Source: Candidatus Iainarchaeum sp.
GTDB taxonomy: Archaea; Iainarchaeota; Iainarchaeia; Iainarchaeales; CSSED10-239
Length of the DNA stretch: 32,000 nt
NCBI GenBank assembly: GCA_028700905.1
Contig: JAQVRT010000003.1
Span: 1-32,000, forward strand
Direction: 5' to 3'
The notes beneath the pieces are model-generated. The model saw only the letters and a program-made list of their open reading frames with translations. It had not been told where the DNA came from and ran no database searches. Numbering within the stretch: the stretch's first letter is position 1; the number at the start of each line of letters is the position of its first letter. The position numbers were made by a program, and so were the translations under genes. Shown here one piece after another: positions 25,693 to 32,000 of this stretch.

Positions 25693-26478
25693 ATGAGTAA
25701 TGATTTAGAAAAATTAATACCTAAAAAAGAAGAAACCACTTTAAAAGATATAAAAGAACCTAATTATACAAACTATAAAGCAATAGCTATTACTATTATT
25801 TTTTTAATAGTGATTGGGTTTTGTACATACGGGCTTATTTATGTTTATAAAAATTATATTTCAGGACATTATAGTAACCTAGAAAAAGATTTTTTAGAAA
25901 ATGCAAAAGAATGTATTCCTAGTAGTTTTGAAACTAGGCAAGAAACAACTTCTATGTTTGTAATGTATTTAAGTCAAGACCTAAATTATAATATTAAAGG
26001 ATTAAATGAAGAGGGTAAATGTGAAATTGAAATAGAAACAATTGATGCAAATGTATCTTTTGATTATAATGATGTGTTAGCATATGTAAATAAAGAAGAA
26101 AACTTAGATGCAGTTTATTTCCAATACATGCTATTAAATGCCTTCAAAAATGCCTTCAATCCAGAGTCTCAAGACACAAATCTTGAAAAAGAAATAACTA
26201 TAGAAGAAAAAAATAAAGCAAAACAAGAAATTATAGATATTATAAATCAAGAAAAAGAAGAATACACACCAGATAATGGTTCACAAGAAGCAACTGCTGA
26301 AATGTTTAAAGGAAGTAAAGAAGTTTGTGTATTTGAAAGCTTAGACGGAATAGATGATTTTTTATCTAAAAAAATGACAAACAGTATTTTTCCTACAGAA
26401 AGCAGCATGAGTTATAAAGATGGTGTTAGTACAAGTATTAATATTTATGAAAATGTTACTTGTACAACATTAAACTAA
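25693..26478 (+). CDS. hypothetical N-terminally anchored extracytoplasmic protein
   Basis: Single TM segment (AIAITIIFLIVIGFCTYGLIYV) after a charged N-terminus. The acidic ectodomain has four Cys and N-x-S/T sequons. Confidence 0.55.
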   Translation: MSNDLEKLIPKKEETTLKDIKEPNYTNYKAIAITIIFLIVIGFCTYGLIYVYKNYISGHYSNLEKDFLENAKECIPSSFETRQETTSMFVMYLSQDLNYNIKGLNEEGKCEIEIETIDANVSFDYNDVLAYVNKEENLDAVYFQYMLLNAFKNAFNPESQDTNLEKEITIEEKNKAKQEIIDIINQEKEEYTPDNGSQEATAEMFKGSKEVCVFESLDGIDDFLSKKMTNSIFPTESSMSYKDGVSTSINIYENVTCTTLN

Positions 26479-27627
26479 AATAATATCTGAAGAAGAAATT
26501 GCATTATTTATTAATTCTTCTTCATTTTCAATTTTCTTTTCCATTTCTAAAATTTCATCTAAAGTAGATCTTGTTTTAGGGTGTTTTGAAAGCATATAAG
26601 AACAACAATCAGGATAAGGAATTATTGAAGTTTTGTAAGTATCTATTTTTTTTGCAATTGTAATTATTTCATTTTTATCAAAAGCGATTAATGGAGAAAA
26701 AATTGGTAATTTTGTTGCAGAATAAATAGTTGTCATGTTTTCAATTGTTTGAGAAGCCACTTGACCTATATTATCTCCTGTAATTACTGCTTTTGCATTT
26801 TCTTTTTTTGAAATTTCATCAATTATCTTGAACATAAATCTTCTATAAATAATCATTCTATAATCAGAATCAATATTTGCAATTATATGTTTTTGAATAT
26901 TTGAAAAAGGCACTACATATAATTTTGAATTTCCTTGAAATTGATTTAAAGTATTTACAAGATTTTTAATTTTATCTAAAATTTCTTTTTTAACTAAAGT
27001 ATTATTATAGATGTGTACAAATATAACTTTTGCACCTCTTTTCATAAAAAGAAAAGCTGCAACAGGACTATCTATTCCTCCAGAAAGAGAACAAATTACA
27101 TTTGCACTAACCCCTACTGGAAGACCTCCAAGTCCAGGAGTTCTACTTGTAAAAATAAATATTTCTTTTAAAGAAACTTCTACAAATAAAGTTAATTCTG
27201 GATTTTTAATATCAACTTTTTTATTTAAAGAATTATAGATCACCTCTCCTAAAGAAACATTTATTTGAGGAGAAGTTAAAAAAAATTGTTTATTACTTCT
27301 TTTTGCATCTACCTTAAAAGAATCAAAAGTATAATTTTCTAAAAAAGACACAGTATTCTTTTTTAAAATTTCAAAATCTAAAGGAGATTTAAAAGCAAAT
27401 GAAAAATTTGCAATACCAGGTATTTTAGTTAATTTTTGTTCTAAAATATTAATTTCTTCTAAAGTAGGATTATTTATATCAATTAAAATAAAACCATAAT
27501 GTCTTGTAATTTTATGTTTTTTATTAATTGAAGCATAAATATTTGAAATTAATTTCTTTTCAAAGAAAATACGATTTTTTCCTTTTATAGCAATTTCATT
27601 GTAATGAATAATTATTGAGTTGTACAT
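26470..27627 (-). CDS. thiI: tRNA sulfurtransferase ThiI (THUMP plus PP-loop, no rhodanese domain)
   Basis: PP-loop SGGIDSPVAAF, an N-terminal ferredoxin-like/THUMP region and C-terminal PYPDCCS. Confidence 0.85.
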   Translation of the reverse strand: MYNSIIIHYNEIAIKGKNRIFFEKKLISNIYASINKKHKITRHYGFILIDINNPTLEEINILEQKLTKIPGIANFSFAFKSPLDFEILKKNTVSFLENYTFDSFKVDAKRSNKQFFLTSPQINVSLGEVIYNSLNKKVDIKNPELTLFVEVSLKEIFIFTSRTPGLGGLPVGVSANVICSLSGGIDSPVAAFLFMKRGAKVIFVHIYNNTLVKKEILDKIKNLVNTLNQFQGNSKLYVVPFSNIQKHIIANIDSDYRMIIYRRFMFKIIDEISKKENAKAVITGDNIGQVASQTIENMTTIYSATKLPIFSPLIAFDKNEIITIAKKIDTYKTSIIPYPDCCSYMLSKHPKTRSTLDEILEMEKKIENEEELINNAISSSDIILV

Positions 27628-27660
27628 ATATATATTAAGAAGTTAAAAAAATAAAAAGAG

Positions 27661-27693
27661 AGTAGTTTATTTAAATTTCTAAAAAAAACTACT
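27661..27693 (-). terminator. 8-bp stem hairpin flanked by T-tracts downstream of the 27723-28175 gene
   Basis: agtagttt (27661-27668) pairs with aaactact (27686-27693). T-rich runs follow on both strands. Confidence 0.3.
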
Positions 27694-27722
27694 TTTTTTG
27701 TTTTTAAAAAAAATTAAAAAAA

Positions 27723-28175
27723 TTATTGAACAGTAATTCTTACTTTTTTAGTTATGTTTGTTAAACATCTTCTAACTCTTACCTTTCCTAAAACACTCCA
27801 ATAGATACTATATCTATCACCTGTTAAAAAACTAACAGCCTTAATTATGTTTTGTTGAGTCTTTGTAGGGGTAAATACATCTTGAGGTATCTTTAATTGA
27901 AAAGGAAACTCTACAACTTCTCCTTTAGTATAAGCTCTTTCATTTTCAAGATCAAGTTTAAAATCATAAATTATTGAAGATCTAGTTGTTGATTTACCAG
28001 AATTATTAACTCTTGTTTGCTGAATTGCAGATAAATAAACATAAGCACCTTTTGATTCAAAATCTCTTTTTACAGTTAAAATCATTTTACCTTCAATTAT
28101 ATCACCTGGAGTAAAATCATGTTTGTTTAAAATCACATTAATTTTACCTTTAAAAAAACCAAAAATAATAATCAC
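27723..28175 (-). CDS. Spo0M/arrestin-N-like small beta-sandwich protein (tentative)
   Basis: GKINVILNKHDFTPGDIIEGKMILTV...AYVYLSAIQ...GEVVEFPFQLKIPQD follows the Spo0M/arrestin-N pattern. The GTG start lies inside an aggtga string, so the exact start is uncertain. Confidence 0.45.
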   Translation of the reverse strand: MIIIFGFFKGKINVILNKHDFTPGDIIEGKMILTVKRDFESKGAYVYLSAIQQTRVNNSGKSTTRSSIIYDFKLDLENERAYTKGEVVEFPFQLKIPQDVFTPTKTQQNIIKAVSFLTGDRYSIYWSVLGKVRVRRCLTNITKKVRITVQ

Positions 28176-28329
28176 CTCTTTTTTATAAATATAACAAATA
28201 AATTAATAATAGCAAGTAATATTTATAAAAAGATAGCAAAAAGGCATAAAAAATACATTTTGTATTTAAATATTTTGGTTTATAATTATAATATAAATTG
28301 CATTTATATAATTTCGAGGTGGGGAAAAA

Positions 28330-28680
28330 ATGGCCTTTTTAGATAAAATGTTTACAGGTAAAAAAGAAGAAATAGATATTGACGATTTCTTAAACAACAT
28401 GGATGTTGAAGACGTACCAGAAGACGTAGATTTCTATGTAAAACCAATTAGTTTACAATCAAATAATGAAGTTGAGATTGTAATTAAAGAATTAAAAGAA
28501 AGAAACTTTGTAATTTTAGATATAGAAGGAATATCTAAAAGAAATCCACAAAGAGCAAAACAATTTGTTGGACAATTAAAAATGTATGTAACTGACAAAG
28601 GTGGAGATCTTGCAATGATATCTAAAACAAAATTATTATTGGTTCCTGAAAAAGTAAAAATTATTAAAAAAATGAAATAA
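28330..28680 (+). CDS. sepF: cell division protein SepF (archaeal FtsZ membrane anchor)
   Basis: N-terminal amphipathic MAFLDKMF, core VKPISLQSNNEVEIVIKELKERNFVILDIEGI...GGDLAMISKTKLLLVPEKVKI. Strong SD gaggtgggg (28316-28324). Confidence 0.8.
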   Translation: MAFLDKMFTGKKEEIDIDDFLNNMDVEDVPEDVDFYVKPISLQSNNEVEIVIKELKERNFVILDIEGISKRNPQRAKQFVGQLKMYVTDKGGDLAMISKTKLLLVPEKVKIIKKMK

Positions 28681-29415
28681 ATGCCAATAACAGTTACTGA
28701 AAAAAGGTTTCCAATTAAATTAGAGCCAAAACAAGCAGTAAATATATTTCAAGCGGCTCTTAAAAAAAAAGGTCACAAATATGAGATAAAGAAAGAATCT
28801 CTTTATCTTACTATTACACCTTATTGGGTCTGTTTCTACGATATATTAATTAATAAAAATGAGAAATTTAATAGAATCTCAAATCAAATTGCACTAAATT
28901 CTATAAACAATCAAATTAATGAAAAAGTTGTAGATATTTTTAAAATATCAAAACCTATTATTAAAGAAAATTTAGAAGCTCCTAAAACAGAACAAATACA
29001 AATTAATCTTAAAAAACCAATTGTTACAAAAGAAGAAGCTGAAGAAACAATAATTAAATATTTAATATACAAACATAATGTTTTAAAAGATCAAATTTCT
29101 TTAAGTGGTATTGAACAAATTTATGTTCCTAATTGGAAAGTTAAACTAGATAAGTTTAAACTTAAGATAGATGCAATTACTGGAGAAGTTAATAATTTTG
29201 AAATAATACCTAAAAAAGAAAAAACAAAAATAGAACTTATTAAAGAAGTTTTTTCAGAAGTTAAAGAAGATAAAAAATTAGGCACATATTTTAAAGATTT
29301 TTTTATAGGCATATTTGATGGAATACTTTTTATATTTAAAGAAATTATTAAAAATTACAAAATAATTTTATGGATATTACTTATAGCGATTTTAATATAT
29401 TTGATATTTCTTTAA
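28681..29415 (+). CDS. hypothetical tail-anchored protein with two repeated alpha/beta modules
   Basis: The ATG directly abuts the sepF TAA. No N-terminal signal; single C-terminal TM segment (IILWILLIAILIYLIFL). Two modules contain TPYWVCFYD / YVPNWKVKLD and end IALNSINNQIN / IDAITGEVN. Confidence 0.6.
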   Translation: MPITVTEKRFPIKLEPKQAVNIFQAALKKKGHKYEIKKESLYLTITPYWVCFYDILINKNEKFNRISNQIALNSINNQINEKVVDIFKISKPIIKENLEAPKTEQIQINLKKPIVTKEEAEETIIKYLIYKHNVLKDQISLSGIEQIYVPNWKVKLDKFKLKIDAITGEVNNFEIIPKKEKTKIELIKEVFSEVKEDKKLGTYFKDFFIGIFDGILFIFKEIIKNYKIILWILLIAILIYLIFL

Positions 29416-30316
29416 AGTCTTTTGATTTTGATAACAACTCTCTTATTCTTGCAGAACCTTGCTTACCTTTAAAAAAAGGAATTAAAGATACTTTTAGTTT
29501 AGAAAAAGAAATTGGATATTTTTTAACATATTCTAAAAAAGAAAATAAAGCATCATAAGAAGTGTCTTTTTCTAAAAGAACATTATTTTTTGAAAAATAA
29601 TCTATTTGTTTAAAAATAAATGGATTACCTAAAGCTTCTCTGCCAACCATAAGGCCAGAAAAATGATTTATTTGTCCAAGATTAGTTTCAGAAACATCTC
29701 CATTATAAATTATTGGAAGAGAAGTTATTTTTTTAATTTCTTCAACTCTTGAGATTTTTGATGGCACACTATAATTTTCTTTTGCAAGTCGTCCATGAAT
29801 AGCAATTGCAGATACACCTATCTTTTCAAAGTTATTTACCATACTTTCTAAAATATCTTCTTTAAATCCAAGTCTTACCTTGACTGTTATTGGTTTTTTA
29901 GAAGTTGAAATAATTTCTTTAAGTATAGGATACACTTTATCTAATTGCTTAAGATTATAAGAACCTGATTTACTATTTATTATTTTTAAAGATGGACAAC
30001 CTAAATTAAAATCAATAACATCAAAATATTTATAATCATCAATTAAATGAGATGCAGTAATTGTTTTTTTTAAACTTAAATCTCCAAATAATTGTAAAGA
30101 AACAGGAGATTCTTTTTCAGTAGATTCTAAAAGATCTAATTTAGATAAATCTTCTTTATACTGAATAATGTGATTAATATTAACCATTTCAGTATAACTT
30201 AATCCAACTTGATAATCTTTACACAAAAGCCTAAATGGAAGATGAGTATATTCTTGCATTGGTGCTAAAACACCTTTTTTTCTAATAGGAATATTTTTTA
30301 TTTTAAAATTAATCAT
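29381..30316 (-). CDS. dus: tRNA-dihydrouridine synthase
   Basis: LAPMQEYTHLPFRLLC, NLGCP, VKVRLG and IAIHGR motifs of the Dus FMN TIM barrel. Confidence 0.8.
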   Translation of the reverse strand: MINFKIKNIPIRKKGVLAPMQEYTHLPFRLLCKDYQVGLSYTEMVNINHIIQYKEDLSKLDLLESTEKESPVSLQLFGDLSLKKTITASHLIDDYKYFDVIDFNLGCPSLKIINSKSGSYNLKQLDKVYPILKEIISTSKKPITVKVRLGFKEDILESMVNNFEKIGVSAIAIHGRLAKENYSVPSKISRVEEIKKITSLPIIYNGDVSETNLGQINHFSGLMVGREALGNPFIFKQIDYFSKNNVLLEKDTSYDALFSFLEYVKKYPISFSKLKVSLIPFFKGKQGSARIRELLSKSKDFKEISNILKSL

Positions 30317-30423
30317 AAGATATATAATGTTTAGATAAAAATAAAAAGAAAACCTTATAAATTCTTTTAAGTAATAAATATATATTAGAACTTATTTTTA
30401 GTTATAAAAAATGTGAAATATAT

Positions 30424-31683
30424 ATGAATAAACAAACTGGACTTTCAATTTTATTAATAGTATTAATATTAGGATCTATTGTAGGTATGTCAATTGGGGC
30501 AAGACCAGAAATAGATACTACATATCAAGATTTTGAAGAAGACTTAAACATACCTTCAGAAATGTATTTAGGAGAAACTGAAGCAATAGTTTCAGAAATG
30601 TTTTCAGAATTAATAATTGCAAGTAAAACAGATGTTTTTGAACAAACAAAAATTGAAAATGATCTAATTGCAATTGAAGGTGTTAAAAGATCAAGTATTC
30701 AATTTAATAAAGATACTCAAGAAGAAATAATATTAATTGCAAAAATTGTAATTGATCCTTTACTTCAAGAAGAAATTATTGCAGAAATTAATAATTTAGA
30801 ATATTTAACATCAGAACCTATTGAAATCTATAAACAAGCAAGAGTTGAAATAAATAATACTGTGAACTTTAGAAAAGGAGAAGATGAAAATAAAACAATT
30901 GATTATGATTTTGTAGATTATATAGTTGACGCAGTTGTAAATGTAAATACTTTAAAGAAAGATAAAATTCAAGGTCAATTACAAGCAAGTTTTAAAGGAG
31001 AAGTTTTAGAGTATGTAATACTTTATGAAACAACAAATCTTACAAGTTCACCTTCTCTTGTTTTTGATGAACAAGAAATAAGTATTATAGAATGGAATGA
31101 AAAATATAGGTATTCAACAAATACAAATTATTTAAATGAGAATGATGAAAACTCAATTAAAGAAAGCATTCCTGAAATAGAAAAAGTTACAATTGTTCCA
31201 GATTATACATTAGTATATCAAGGACTTGATATAAATATATCTCAAGAAGATTTAAACATTAGCGAAATTGAAGCTATTGATTATAATTTAGATGAAACAA
31301 AAATTAGTTTTATTGCAGATTATAATCTTAGTAACTATGAAGAAATTAAAGAAAAATTAATTGAAAATGGATTTTTAGAAGAAAATAAAACTAAAGATTT
31401 TAAAAAGAAATATTTGCTTGAAAGTTCTGTTGAAATTAATGATATTACAGAAAAAATAACACCATTAGATTTAGAACTTGAAAATATTGAAAAAGAAGCA
31501 ATTTTAGATGTTGAAAAAATAACTTTACAAGAAGAAGAATATTCTTATTCTGAAAAAACATATCCCGTATGGCTTAATTATCCAGAAGATGTTAATAAAC
31601 AAACAATTGTTTTTAACGTTCAAGCATATGTTACAAGACAAGACATTATGTTTTTAATGTTAGATAAAAAAATAGAAGAATAA
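30424..31683 (+). CDS. hypothetical acidic, N-terminally anchored surface protein
   Basis: N-terminal hydrophobic segment GLSILLIVLILGSIVGMSIG, a very Glu/Asp/Asn/Ile-rich ectodomain, and at least seven N-x-S/T sequons (NNT, NKT, NLT, NIS x2, NLS, NKT). Confidence 0.55.
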   Translation: MNKQTGLSILLIVLILGSIVGMSIGARPEIDTTYQDFEEDLNIPSEMYLGETEAIVSEMFSELIIASKTDVFEQTKIENDLIAIEGVKRSSIQFNKDTQEEIILIAKIVIDPLLQEEIIAEINNLEYLTSEPIEIYKQARVEINNTVNFRKGEDENKTIDYDFVDYIVDAVVNVNTLKKDKIQGQLQASFKGEVLEYVILYETTNLTSSPSLVFDEQEISIIEWNEKYRYSTNTNYLNENDENSIKESIPEIEKVTIVPDYTLVYQGLDINISQEDLNISEIEAIDYNLDETKISFIADYNLSNYEEIKEKLIENGFLEENKTKDFKKKYLLESSVEINDITEKITPLDLELENIEKEAILDVEKITLQEEEYSYSEKTYPVWLNYPEDVNKQTIVFNVQAYVTRQDIMFLMLDKKIEE

Positions 31684-31697
31684 TTTTGTTTAAAAAA

Positions 31698-32000
31698 TTA
31701 TTCTGATAATTTAGATATTGCTTCTGCAATATCTCCTTTAGTTTCTTCCAAAGCATCTTTTGCTTTTTCTTTTGAAACATTAGCAGATTCTGAAACCATA
31801 TCAATGTCTTCTTGAGGGATTGATAAAACTTCTTTTGTAGTTACATTTCCTGCAACTTGAAAACTTCTGTTTCCTTGCATAACAATTTCAGTAACTGAAG
31901 GATCTATTACTTCAATAACAGAACCATCTTTAAGTTCGATAATAACTTTAGATGCATCAATTTCATTATTTTCAATACCCATTTGCTTCATTAAAGCATT
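31698..32000 (-). CDS. nac: nascent polypeptide-associated complex protein (NAC plus UBA), 5' end beyond window
   Basis: MKQMGI...VIIELKDGSVIEVIDPSVTEIVMQGNRSFQV (NAC domain) and C-terminal UBA-like EKAKDALEETKGDIAEAISKL. The frame stays open to nt 32000. Confidence 0.8.
   Translation of the reverse strand, partial: NALMKQMGIENNEIDASKVIIELKDGSVIEVIDPSVTEIVMQGNRSFQVAGNVTTKEVLSIPQEDIDMVSESANVSKEKAKDALEETKGDIAEAISKLSE

Noticed and set aside
1-32000. I searched for CRISPR arrays, transposases, integrases, toxin-antitoxin pairs, restriction-modification or other defence genes, rRNA and tRNA genes, and inteins in Cdc48, Orc1 and PriL.
   Set aside because: No spaced direct repeats, no recombinase or nuclease motifs, and no GC-rich structured-RNA-sized islands were seen. 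Protein lengths are normal or short for their families. The window appears to be core chromosome plus one pilus locus.

Overview
Very AT-rich archaeal chromosomal segment (hand counts of 60-nt samples give about 22% G+C in typical genes). It is extremely gene-dense. Convergent genes often share or overlap their stop codons, and I found no rRNA, tRNA, CRISPR array or mobile-element genes. Most genes are archaeal housekeeping genes: two Orc1/Cdc6 paralogues, PriL, RpoK, RpoL, eS17, Pelota, Csl4, tRNA-splicing endonuclease, diphthine synthase, ThiI, Dus, NAC, a DRG-like GTPase, a HemK-related methylase, Cdc48, SepF, Sec11-type signal peptidase, an M50 protease, a two-subunit 2-oxoacid:ferredoxin oxidoreductase and a GpmI-type phosphoglycerate mutase. 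The gene content, the shortened proteins and the compaction suggest a small-genome DPANN-like archaeon; this is inference only. The main accessory feature is a type IV pilus-like locus (3075-9369). It holds four or five small genes with class III (prepilin-like) signal peptides, one of them missing from the ORF track and lacking a canonical start codon. It also holds three paralogous pilins with four conserved cysteines and a FlaJ/TadC platform protein split into two genes. No assembly ATPase or prepilin peptidase is in the window. Other points worth follow-up: sepF is translationally coupled to an uncharacterised tail-anchored repeat protein; Cdc48, an N-terminally truncated NFACT/Rqc2 homologue and Pelota lie within 5.3 kb; the DRG-like GTPase has degenerate G3/G4 motifs; and several secreted or anchored proteins are uncharacterised. 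I see nothing that clearly amounts to a new defence or mobile system. All family assignments come from motif recognition by eye and need HMM or structure confirmation.
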